From: Monocercomonoides exilis PA203
Lineage: Eukaryota; Protista; Preaxostyla
Direction of reading: 5' to 3'
Length of the DNA: 64,000 nucleotides
Assembly: GCA_001643675.2 (NCBI GenBank)
Contig: LSRY02000011.1
Location: forward strand, 372,001 to 436,000
The position numbers were made by a program, and so were the translations under genes. Shown here one piece after another: positions 25,701 to 38,000 of this stretch. A model generated the notes under the pieces. That model saw only the letters and a program-made list of their open reading frames with translations. It ran no database searches and had not been told where the DNA came from. Numbering within the stretch: position 1 is the stretch's first letter; each line of letters opens with the position of its first letter.

Positions 25701-28700
25701 ATTTGAAGAATCAATTGAATCAGAAGAAGAAGAGGACGAAGAAGCTGATGAAGAAGCAGAAGTGGAGTTTTGATCTTTTTCCAATGTGATTCCTTTCAGT
25801 TTCATCAGTCTTTCCTTCCACTCCATTCCTCTTCCTTTCTCTTCTGTCCTCCTTCTCTCTTCCTCTTTCTCCCAAAGCATCTCAATCTCCTCTTCATCAA
25901 TATCCTCTTCATCCTCATCATCTTCATCATCCTCATCAACATTGCCCATTCCATACCCTCCATTCATCCTCCTTCCATGTTTCTTGTTCCCCCTCATCTC
26001 GTTCCTCACTTCCTTCTGCTTCATCCTCTCCAGCTTCGACTTCGGAATCCACGCTTTCTCATTCCTGTTTGGCAGAGCAGGTTTTGGCTTGTATGAAGAG
26101 AAACTGCGGTCTGATTTGGACTTCTGGAAAGGAGAAGGGGCAGAAGAGAGGCCGAAGATGGGAGAAGGAGAAGGAGAGGAGTACATTCCCTTTTGTGGAT
26201 AAGGAGAAGGAGACGGGCCTTGAGACATGGCATAAGGAGAAGGAGAGCCAGAAGAGGAGGAAGAGGAAGAGGAAGAAGAAGAACCAGATGCTCTTCTTTG
26301 TGAATCCAATGCAGATATTCCCAGAAGGGCAGTGAGTGCGTGCACATTGTCTGCTTGAATGAAATGGCGAGAGGAGGAAGAAGAGGAAGAAGAGGCAGAG
26401 GAGAGAGAAAGAGAGAGAGAAGGAGAAGGAGAAGGAGAGGAGCCATCGGCAAGAGAAACATGGGGAGAGAAGCGAGGGAGAGAAGAAGAAGAAGCAGAGG
26501 AAGAAGAATGGTTGCCGTATCTGTTTGCGTTGAGGGGGTATGAAGGAGAATATGGAGAGAAGGAAGGAGAAGGAGAAGAGAGATAAGAAGAGCCATAAGG
26601 AGAAGGCGAGAAAATGCCATGCAATGAAGACGTAGAGGCAGAGTATGAGATGTCTTGAGGGAACTTCTGGGTGAACAGATCAAGATCAGTCAGAAGATAT
26701 GGCTCTTTGTCTTTATCCTTTTCTTTCTCTTTTTCTTTCTCTTTCTCTTTTTTGTCTGTTTCTGCTGTTTTGTTGTTAGATGAGTCGTCTTTGCATTCAG
26801 TTGGTTGTGATTTGTTGGCTTTTCGCTTGCGCCTCTGAAGAGCTTCATTACGCAGAGAGGAAAGAAGGAGAGAGAAAAGAGCGGAAGTCGAATAGAAATA
26901 AGAAGAAGAGGAGGAGGAAGAAGCAGAAGAAGAAGAAGATGATGATGATGAGTCAGAAGAGCTTATTGCTTCGATCTTTCCAGTAGGAGGAGCCAGACCC
27001 AGAAGAGACAGAGGATGAATAAACAAAGGCAATGTTGATGCATCCACATCTGCATTGTTATCTTCATTCTCTTCTTCTCCTTCTTCCTTTTTCTCTGCTT
27101 TTTCTTCTTCCGTGCTCATTTTTAGCTCTGTTTTGTCCTTCTTTTCATCACCTTCTTTCTTTTCTGTTTCATTTGTGTCGCTCACTGTCTCTTTATTATT
27201 ATCTGCTGATTGTTTTAGAGATTCCTTCTTCTCTGTTGAGTCATTCAAAGATACAGAAGAAGAAGAGGAAAAGGAAGAGGAAGAGGAAGCACTTGAATTA
27301 TCAGTAGAATTCAATTTAGCATTCACAGCATCTGCCTCATTTTTATTCTTATTCTCATTTTTCTCAATCGAAGAAGAAGAAGATGATGAAATAGAATTCG
27401 AGCAAGACATATCAGCAGGAGGAGACACAGAAGAGGCAGAAGGCACAGGAGAAGGCGAAGACGACACAATCTGTGCTGAAAAGTGGGGGATTGGTACAAT
27501 TATTGGCGGATGCCTTATTTTTGGTGAGGTAAACTGCTCTTTTTCAGCTGTTTTTGGCTCATCTTTTGGAGAAATTTTGGTGTTTTCATTGATTTCTGCT
27601 TCTGAAGAAGAAGATGAGGAAGAAGAAGAAGAAGAAGATTTGTTTGAATCAGAAATGATTGAGGTTCCTTTCTTGTCTGTCATTGATGATTCCACAGGTT
27701 GTTTCTTCTCTTCGTTCAGATTCTGTTTATCTCCTTTTATTTCTCCTGTTTTCATTGTTAATGTTGTTGTTGATGATGCAATCACAGATTCTTCTGCTTC
27801 TTTCACTTCTTTTCCTTCTTTTCCTTCTTTCTTTTCCTTCCCCAAATATCTTGTTTCAATGAATTCACCAACAGATCTTCCCTTATAAACATCTCTATTC
27901 TTGTTCTGCTCTGCTTTTGGCTCTTTTTCTCCATTCGTTCTTCCTCTTTGATTCTTCTCTGTTTCATTAGTTTTTCCTCTTTTGTTGTCAGCACTTGTAT
28001 TCTGAATGCGCTTATTAGTTGTCTGTGATGATGGTGTTGAAGAAGAAGAAGAAGAAGAAACAGAAGAAACATTCACATTTGACTGAGAATTGTGTGTTTG
28101 TCCAGCCAGTTCATGTTTATTCGAAGCATCCTTAGCAGACGAATAAGCAAAAGGCGATGGGCTTTTCGCTGGCTGCTGTGAATTCGCAGTGTTTAGCGCA
28201 TTCTTCTTCTTCTCTGGCTCCACAATGAGAAGAAGAGGTCCTACAGAAGATGTGGACATGGTGATATTGTTGGGGAGAGAATGAGGCGAAGAATGAGAAG
28301 AAGATTGTGATGCATTCGATTTGCTGGAGTTAATGTTCGCATTTTCCTTTGAACTTGTCATTTTCCCTGTTTCTTCTTCAAACGACTTCGGAATTGGTGG
28401 GGGCACGTAACTTCTCTTGTGAGCATCCATTCCTTTGTTCTCAGCTGTTCTGCTGTCCCTAACACTTTCATTGTCATTGGATTTGTCTTTCCCCCTATTC
28501 ACCTTGCTTTCTTCATTCACATTCTCTTTCACATTCATATTCGTATTCGTATTCACTTCGCCATTCTTCTCCCCTCCTTTCCCTCTCTTCTTGTTCTGAT
28601 TGTTTTCCTTCTTGTTCCCTTTTCCTGCTGTTTCTTGGGCATTCGATGCAGAACGTGAAGAGTTTGAAGAGAAAGGCGAGGAATAAGAAGAACGGCTGGC

Positions 28701-31700
28701 AGAAGGCGAAGAAGAAGGAGAGGGAGAGGGAGAAGGAGAGGGAGAAGATGATGATGAAGGAGAAGGGGAAGGGGAATGAGAAGGAGAAGAAAGAATTGAA
28801 TGTGATGGTGTAGGTGAAAGCAAGGCTCCACTTGAATATGAAGAAGAGGAGTATGAGGAGGATGAGGAGGATGAGGAAGAAGAAGGAGAGGAATAAGAAG
28901 TCAACAAAGAAGAAGAAGAAGGAGAAGCAGAAGCAGAAGGAAGAGAAGATGAATGATGAGGGGTAGACAAAGCAGATGAGACAGTTCCATTCATTGCAAT
29001 GATCTTTGTGGGTGGTGTTGGCAGAAGAGCCTCTCCCACACTGGGAACACGAAACTTTGAAGAAGAAGAGGATGAGGAGGAGGAAGAGGAGGAAGATGAA
29101 GATGATGATGTTATTGTTCCAGGCGATTTTTTAGAAGAAGTTGGAAGAGAAGAAGAAGAAGATGGTGATGATGATGGAGTTGTGGATAAAATAGAAGAAG
29201 ATGAAGAGGAAGAATTCTGATTTTGCAGGGAAGAAGGGACTAAAGGAGAAGAATAAGAAGAAGGATTGAAGACTGAATTGAAAGAAGATTGTTGAGAAGA
29301 AGTGGAAGAAGAAGAAGAAGAAGAAGATGATGATGATGATGATGAATGAGACAATGGCAAGTTTCCAGATGAAACAGAAGAAGAGGAGGAAGAAGAAGAG
29401 GAAGAGGAAGAAGAAGAAATGGACGAATGAAGAGGGATCGGGATGGAGATTGGAGGTTTGTCGAGAAGAGGAGGAGGAGATGAGTGTGGATGCTTTGATG
29501 AAAGAGAAGAATGTGGCAAGGGAGAAGAAAGAGAAGAAGAAGAGGAGGAGGAGGAGGAGGAAGAAGATGAAGTTACAGGCAATGGTGAAGATGATGATGG
29601 AGCAGTAGCAGAAGAGGAAGAAGAAGTTGGCAAAGGCGAAGAAGCTGATGAATGATTCGTTTGAGATGCATTTGCATTCCTTGATGGCTGAGTGGGGCTG
29701 CTGTCATCAATAAACCCTCCTTTCGCTTCTTCTTTCTCGCTTTCTCCTTTCTTCTTTTTTGATCCTTTCTTGTTTTTCCCTTTTTGTTTATCTTTTTCTT
29801 TCTCTTTCTCGTCTGCTCCTTCTTTCAACATCGTCTTCCCTTTCTCTTCCTTTTCTTCCTTCCTTTCTTTCCCCTTTCCTCTTTCTCTCTCTTTTCCTCC
29901 TCCTCTTTCTCCTCTTTCTCCTCTTTCTCCTCTTTCTCCTTCTCTCTTCTCCCTCTCCTGCTTCTTGTGTGTCTTCTCCTTCTTCTCCTCATCTGCATCC
30001 ATCCCAAACACAAAATCTGAGTCTGAAGATTCATCTTCCTCTGAGCGGTGCAAATGACTCTGGCTTTGATTCTGACTCAGCTGCTGGCTCTGTGTCTGTG
30101 TCTGTTTCTGTGTTAATATCTGTGTCTGTGTTAATGACTGATTCTGTATCAATGATTGAGTCAATGGCAGATTCAATGATTGAGTCAAGGGGAGATTCAA
30201 AGGGAGATTCAATGCTTGCTCACTGGCAGTTGGGTGGTAGCTGTATGCACTCAGCACTTTTGCAGCTGCCAAGAGAGAGGAATGAGTAGACTGGAGATAT
30301 GCAGCAGCAGCAGCAGAAGAAGAAGAAGAAGAAGAAGAAGAAAGAGAGGAAGAAGAAGAGGATGATGAGAGAGGAGAAGAAAGAAGAGAGGAAGAAGACA
30401 AAGAAGATAGAGGTGTTTGTGGAGAGAGAAGAGATGAATGCAAAGAGAGATCTAATGGCTTTGGTGTGGAAAGCAATGAAGAAGTGGAAGGAGAGGAGGA
30501 AGAAGAAGAAGAGGAAGAGGAAGAAGAAGAAGAAGGAGAAAGAGAAGCAGAAGAGATATAAGCAGAGGATGAGGTTGGACTTGCTAATAATCCCTGTGGT
30601 GATATCGGTTTTGGTGGCAGAGGAGAAGGAGAAGTTGGAGGAAGAGGGAACAAAGGCTGTTTGCCCTTTGGATGCTCTAAATGAGATGGTTGATCTGATT
30701 GAGAAGAAGAAGAAGAAGAAGATGATGATGATGATGATAAAGATGAAGATGAAGTATTATTATTATTATTCTTTTGTGTTGCATCTTTCTCATTCTGTCC
30801 TATCTGTGTCTGCACATTCTGCAATGACTGATTCTGCCCCGTCTGCATTCCAAACAAAAGAGAAGAAGCATTCACAGACGCTGCTGCCAAAGGCACCCCT
30901 CCACTCATCAATGGCTGTGGCTGGACATATTGTGCTTGTGAAGGATGTGCTTTATCTTCATTCGCTTGTTGTTGATTTTGTTGATTTTGTTGTGTCTGTA
31001 TCTGTTGCTGCAATGATGACTGCATAGTTGGATTGAGTGCCATCGTCAGCAGAGGCTGTGTGCTTGTCTGTGATGTCTGCTGCAGAAGAGAAGAATTCTG
31101 CAGAAGCTGATGATCCAACTGAGGGAGCAATGGAAGACCTGCTGATGGAATCTTCACATTCGATTGCTGAAGAAGCTGTTGGTTTTGTTGACTTAGTTGA
31201 CTTAGTTGATTTTGTTGAGCCTGCTGCTGAGAAAGAGGCAGTGTTTGTGGCTGTATCTGTATTGGTATCTGCATCTGCAACGGCATCTGCATTGGCATTT
31301 GGATCGGTATCTGCCCTTGTGATTGCGATGATGACTGTGTTTGCACCTGTGCTTGTGTTTGTACTTGCTGCTGGTTTTGTTGTTGATTCTGCTGCTGTTG
31401 AGGAATCATCATCTGTGGAGTGAGCATGGGTGCTATGGAGATGGCTGGCTGAGTGGCAAGAAGAGAATACAAGAGAGACAGCAAGGTGGCTGTTCTGTCA
31501 TCAGACACAGCATCTGCACGTGGATGAGTGATGATGCTGTTATTGTTATTAATGTTATTAATGTTATTATTATTGATGCCACCACTGTTACTTCCATCGC
31601 TTGTGGGGAGAGAAGGAAGAGGAGAATATTGTGGCTGGATGGGCGAGGGATAAAGAGGTGTGGTGGAAGACGGTGGTGTGGTTGAAGGTGTTGTTGCTGT

Positions 31701-34627
31701 AGATGTTGATGCTGATGAAAATGAAGATGAAGTTGCAGTTGTCGAAGCAGTAGAAGAAGCAGTAGAAGAAGCAGTAGAAGAAGGAGAAGCAGAAGGAGCA
31801 GAAGTGACAGTATTCGAAATCAATGGTTTTGTTCCTTGAGACATTGATGCTGATGATGCTGGTGCTGCTGCTGCTGCTGTATTTGTGAGTGTTTGTGTGT
31901 TGAATGGAGAATAAGGCGTAGAAAACAGAGCCAAAAGATCAGCAGCTGAAAGTGGCTGGCTGAAGAGAGGAAGAAGCGAAGGAGCAGTTGTGGGAATGGC
32001 TGAGATCTGTGACTGAAGAGGATTGGAGGGAAGATTCAAGGAAGAGGTGGGTTGAATGCTTGGATAAGAAGAAATGGAAGAGGAAGAAGAAGAAGAAGGA
32101 AAAGATGAAGAAGGTAAAGAGGCAGAGGAATGAGAAGGAGATGGGGAAGAAGAAGCAGATGAGTTCTGAGTGATGTCTGAAGATGCTCCAGATGTGGACG
32201 CTTGCTGCTTCAGTTGATTTTGAGGCTGTTGAAGTGGCAATGGATCTGTTGAGTGAGGGAGAAGAGAAGAGGAAGAAGAAGAGGAGGAAGAAGAAGAAGA
32301 AGAAGAAGAAATTGCTGGTGTGATATTCTGACGAGGTGTTTCAGACAGCAAAGGAGCATTTGTTGTGGTAGATTGATGAGAAGAAGAGGATGAATAAGAA
32401 GAAGAGGAGGAAGGGGAAGAAGAAGAAGAAGAAGAAGAAGATGTTGAATTGGATGGTGATAGAGTGAGTGGAAGAGACGATTGTTTGGACGAAATGGAGT
32501 TGGTGGTGTTATTTGAGGAAGGAGAAGAAGAAAGTGTTGAATATGATCTCTGCTCTCCTGACAATTGAGATGAAGAAGATGAAGATGAAGATGAACCAGA
32601 AGAAGAAGAAAGAGGAGAAGAGGAAGGAGAAGAGGAAGGAGAAGGAGAAGGAAGAACACTCGAATAAAACGTTTGAGACGAAGAAAGAGCTGGCTTTGAT
32701 TTGTGTGTAAATGAGGAATACGAATAAACATTGGATGATGGAGAAGGCAAAAGAGAACGGCTGTCTTTTGAACTATGAGCATCTGAAGAGGAAGAGAAGG
32801 AGGAAGAGGAGGAGGAAGAGGAGGAGGAAGAGGAAGAGGAATAAGACTGAGTTGAAGATGATTTCTGCTCTTCAACCTTACCAGAAGAAGAAGTGATTGG
32901 ATAAGAATTGGAATGGTATGTGTCTGCTTTGTCTGTTTTGTCTGTTGTGTTGTTTGGTGCTGTTGAATGAAGAGGTGGCTTCGAAAGATGAGAAGGAAGG
33001 TTATTTTGTGCTGGCTGGGGATTTGGTGGCTGAAAGGAGGTTGTTTGAAGAGAGGAAGAAGTTGAGGATGAAGATGAAGGAGAAGGCGAAGGTGAAGAAG
33101 AGGAAGAAGAAGAAGGATGCAAAGATGTTGATGATAATGATGAATAAGAGGAGGAGGAAGATGAAGAGGAAGAGGAAGAAGTCAAAGAGGAATAAGAATT
33201 CGGAGAAGATTGAGGTGTTGAACTTTGATTTGCTGCCGATGAAAAGGAAACTCCAGGTGAAGGAAGTGCATTGGATGAGGATGAAGTTAAAGTTGAAGGA
33301 GAAGACGAAGAAGAAGACGAAGAAGAAGATTGAGTTGTATGAGGCATCGATTCTGTTGAGGCATTTTGCACAGGAGTCATCGAATTTTGCTCCATCTGCT
33401 TCGGAAAAGGGTGAGCAGAAGGAGGAAACGGAGGAGCCAAGCGAGAGGCTGGCGTGGCATAAGCCTGGTTATAAAATGAAGGAACATTCGGAGATAAGAC
33501 AGGGGGATATGATGCCGTTTGCAATGGCTGAGGATACGGGGGCGGATACAAGGCAGGCTGCATGGACTGCGGAAGAAGCTGAGGCTGCGGAAGCGGCTGG
33601 TAGCCAGAAGCCATGTAGTTGTACGGGACATGGCCTTCAAACGAAGGCGGATACAGCTGCTGATAAGGCTTGACCATGGAAGACAGCGCTCCTTGATGAG
33701 CTGGAGCAGCAGAACCAACAGAGCGCGAAGAAGCCGGCATGCCTGTAAAAGAACGCTGGCCATACGAAGGGCTAAATGGCTCAGCGGACAGCGACAGGCC
33801 TCCAACTTGTTGATGACTGTTCATTGTTGCTAAAGAAGAATTTGCAGCAATAGAACTGGAATCTGCCTGCAAGTTTGAAGTTTGCGAAGAAGATGACAAA
33901 GATAAATGATCATCAGATGATAAAGTTCGCTGCATAATCTTACTGGTTTCTTGCCTTATTTGTTGTGATTCCGATTGAATCGATAGACCTCGAGGTTTGA
34001 AAATTTTGAAAGGATGTTGAGCTGTTAATGTTTGCAAATTCGTTGACTTTGAATCTTCCTCCTTTACAACAATATTATTATTAGGCACCATCAAAGAAGG
34101 TTGCTCCACTCCATCTGTGTGTCCACTGCGTAAATCTTCCGTAAGATGTTGGTCTCTTCTTGGATCCGCTTGAATAAAAGAGCTTTGATTTGATCATTGA
34201 AATAGAAAATGTTTATAAAATGAATGAAGTGAATTCGTTCGTAAATATGTGCAAAAGCTTAATCAAACCTTTTGTCTTGAGGAGCTGGGTGAAGAAAAGG
34301 TTGTGGAAAGCTTGAAGAAGGAGGCGAAGTTTGAGGCGTTGATAGCTCAGAGTGGAGCGCAACCTCTTCATTGGGACTTGAAGCCTGTAAAGTCGCTTCA
34401 AAAAGCTTCTTGTTTCCTGTATTGTGGGTAAATAATATCAAAAGTCAAATTTAACTACAAAAAAGAAATGGTAAACTGAAAAGACCAGGAACAAAGGCTG
34501 GGGCGGATGGCTGCAGCAAAGTCGAAGCAGCTGCAAACAAAGAAACACGGAAATGCATAGAAGTCAAATTCGTTTTAAATAAATTGATATATAATCAGAA
34601 AATACCTTTTTCAGAAATCTCGCTCAT
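22749..34627 (-). CDS. eIF4G: Translation initiation factor eIF4G-like scaffold, about 3880 aa. Proposed exons 34627-34606, 34530-34486, 34416-34269, 34182-22749
   Basis: MIF4G domain in two parts: SILNKISPSTFDEL...LFEKAIAEKKYVKMYAQLC...FRRLLLSKCQREFE (~25460-25080) and FRGVMQFVGELY...EENIEAFCLFMTKVGKQLD...SRRIQFQVLDLIELRERQW (~23710-23395). Upstream are EKAWIP (eIF4G-type AWxP) and a YxxxxL-phi candidate YSTSALF near 26890. The three 5' exons join in phase through GT-AG introns; the last acceptor (AAG at 34183) is less certain. Confidence 0.85.
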
Positions 34628-34869
34628 GAGAAATCAGAAACGAAGGGTGTCTGATCAGCAATTTCTTTAACAATTCCGCAAAAACTCGTTTTTTTCAATT
34701 TGAAATATTTATTAATATTATACCAAATGTAACAGGCATCTGCAACAAAAAAAATTTTTTTTGAAATAAATGCATCTCAAACGTTTGTTTTTGAGAAAAA
34801 ATTCCAATTCGTGAAAAATGGTTTTTATAATTATCGAGCCATTGACAAAAGACAATAAAGAAATCAACA

Positions 34870-34882
34870 CCCCCCCCCCCCC

Positions 34883-34938
<56 letters not shown>
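34870..34938. repeat. C14-A55 compound homopolymer in the divergent intergenic region
   Basis: C run 34870-34883, A run 34884-34938, between the eIF4G start and the plus-strand coiled-coil gene. Confidence 0.95.
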
Positions 34939-34941
<3 letters not shown>

Positions 34942-35038
34942 ATGATTTCATTAATAATCACTCATTTCAAATCAATATATGAACGTTGGAAGACATTTTA
35001 TGAATGACACATTAAACATTTGATAAAATAAAAATTTC

Positions 35039-38000
35039 ATGATTATCTTTAAGAAAAATAGATATTCTAGTAATGCCAATATGCTTATCACGGGTAATGA
35101 CACCAATTACAAATATGTGAATACCCAGATGAATGGCAGAGGAAAGAAACAGATTTTTCCAGTGTTTCAGATGCTAAACGCAATTATTCGACATATGAAC
35201 TTATTGAAGAAGAACGTCCGCCCGCAAGTGAGATGAAAAAATCAAAAAATACAATGCTTTCAAAAGATATCGATGAATCTCCTCGAACTCGACTCACAAA
35301 AATAAGAGACATGCTTACAGCATCAAAACATTTCCTTCAGCAACCTATTCGATCCAACACTTTGCCGCAAAGACAATTTCCAAGTGTTGGATCGCAAAAT
35401 CCACAACTTGTTCATCCCGAAGCAAGAACAGAGAGGGATCGTGATGAGTCTTCAAATGAAGAAAAGTCTGTGCTCAATGTTGGGGTGATTCAAAGACAAA
35501 TGACAACACAAACAACAGAAGAGAGAAGCATATCAACTCGTGAGATTAGTGATAAAGGAACAAATCAGGATGAAAAGAACAAAACTGTCACAGTTAAAGA
35601 AAAAACAGAAAAGAGAAACGATGCAAGTTGGACGAATCGAAACGGAGAAAGATGCGGATATGGACAGCAATATCGGACGAAGATGCTGAAAGAGATTCGA
35701 ATAGAGCGAAAAATTACCAACTCTACAAAACTCCTGACTGAAACAAGAGGTGAAATGCTTGAACAGCTTCTATCGTCAACGCAGTCGTGCACATTGGAGA
35801 AAGGAGAAGGACGACCTGCTGTGAAAGATGCAACAACAAGCACAGAACAATTAGTGCTTCAAGAAACTGGAAAGAAGAAGAAGAAGAAGAAGAAGAAGAA
35901 GAAGAAGAAAGAAATAGAAGCAAAGGAGTTTAAAGCAGGCAATATGCAGATGAATGATGAACCAATGAAAGAAGACAACGACAAACACGAAGCTTTGCGG
36001 AATGATATTTCTGAAAGAAGAACAACAGAAAGCTCATCAAACGTTGATAACCAGGAAGCAGACAATGAATTTGAGAACTCTTCAGCAGCAAAATTCATTT
36101 CTATGACACCTGAATCTTCAAATAATGAGTGGGAAAGAAGAATCAAAGAAAAAAGATTAACTGAATGTGAAGAGAAGGAAAAAGAAGGAAAAGAAAGCAC
36201 AACAAGAAACACAGAAAACAGTCAAAAAAGTCCTGTTGCGAATGATGGAATGTTTCCAAAAGGAAGCATTCAAAAAAATGCAAAATGGCAAACAAATGAG
36301 ACTGAAATCGACAATGAAAAAAGCGACAAAGCGAGAGAAGATGGAGAATTAAACACCTTTCAAACATTCGGGGATGTGCATCGAAGCAAGTCAAAAGAAG
36401 ATGCATCTCTTGCAATCATTCAACAAATGACACAAGATGCTTTGAACAGGCAAGCCACACCATACAAATCGAGACAAACAAGCAGACAATCTGACAGTCT
36501 CAGTGAAACGGTGGAAGAGCAACAGAGTTCTTTGTCAACATCCTCACCTACTGATGGACACAACTTGAAGATGAATGCACTTGACTCACCATCTCACGAC
36601 TTGTCAGCCTCGCTGTCTGCACTGTCATCTTCGCTCACACTTGAATCAGAGTTAACTCCATCTTCAGTGAAAATATTGAATCAATCCTCGTCAAACACTC
36701 AAAATGTTTCACATCCATATCCATCTGATCCCACAACGAATTATGAAGTGGAAGGAGAAGTGATGAATGGTTTGCCTTTGATGGAATCACAGCAACAGGC
36801 AGAAGTTGCAGCAAATACAGATGCAGCTGATAATGATGCTTCATCTGGCGAAAGTCCCATGGAGAAAGCAAAGGAAAACAACTCTTCACCACTCAGTTCA
36901 ACCCGAACAACACCATTTTCACCACCTTCTTCAGCACTTCCACAACCTCCACCAAGCCCCATCTCCCAAAAAACATCATCTTCTCCTTTGCAACTGACAA
37001 CTCCAAACTCATCTACAACTTCACCATCACCTTTGCCAAGTTATTCTTCTTCATTTTCCTCTTCTCCTTCATCTCTTTCGTAAAACACTCATCTTTCAGT
37101 TCATCCTTCGAATGCGCCTTCAATCAATTCAATATCACCTCGTCTTTCACAACGTGCCACTTCACCAAGTTCTTCTTCGATGCTTACTCACAGGCATTTT
37201 TCACGCTCTGGTTCTGCTTTTTCTCCACTTCCACCGCTGCCTCCGCTTCCTCCTTCATCTGCTTCACCATCTTCTTCAGCCTCATTTGTCACTTCAGCTC
37301 AGTCATTTCCACTTCCTTCTTTTCCCTCTTCTGGAATGCAAAATGCCCAATCAGTTGCTTCAAGCTCTCCTTCATTAACTGCCACTTCCTCATCATCAAC
37401 AGCTTCTTCTGTGATTTCCACTCCATCATCTTTTCATTCTCTATCAACACCTCCTTTTTCAAGCACTTCATCTCGTATCATGTCTCCTCTGCTGCCGCAC
37501 ACATCACCTTACCAAGCGCAACGCTCCCTTTTGCTTGACTTCTCATCAGCTCCACTTGCTTCATCTTCTCCAAGACAAACAAGCAATATGTTGATGCAAT
37601 CTTCACCAACCACGCCAGTACATTTGTCTGGTGATTCTTCTTTAGTTCAACAAAAGTTGCAGCAGTCATTTCTTTCTGCACCACAGAATTCTTTTTCATC
37701 TCCAGTCGAGTTAAATAGTTCCACAGAGAAGCTTTCGAGGGAAATCAACAATTCACCGAAACTGACTCAGCCACAACAGAATAACCATTTATCTGATAAT
37801 ACACGCAACTTATCAGAATCAGATAAGATTCAACCACCAAAAAATGAAGAGGAAGTCCAAAACGCAGATAATCAAGAAGAACTTCACTTTGCAACAGAAA
37901 ATATGGTATCGGAGGATATTGCCTCACGAAAGAAGAAAAAGAAAAAGAAGAAAAAGAAGAAAAAGAAGGACAATGGACAAGAACAGGATATTATTGATGC

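Noticed and set aside
22790-33833. Many antisense and alternative-frame ORFs (poly-L, poly-K, poly-E), also at 58188-63655
   Set aside because: They are shadows of TCT/GAA trinucleotide tracts, which lack stops in several frames, and carry no independent motifs.
34870-34938. Retroposon poly(A) tail
   Set aside because: No flanking target duplication or element body is evident, and the run lengths may be inflated by the assembly.
37081-37083. Genome-wide TAA/TAG to Gln reassignment, as in Streblomastix
   Set aside because: Gln-rich ORFs of 6-12 kb contain no internal TAA or TAG, and MAD2 ends on TAA at the expected position. The standard code fits.
37080-37099. 20-nt GTAAAA...TTTCAG micro-intron removing the TAA
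   Set aside because: The length is not a multiple of three, so it would break a frame that is continuous across the stop, and it is much shorter than the other introns here (47 nt or more).
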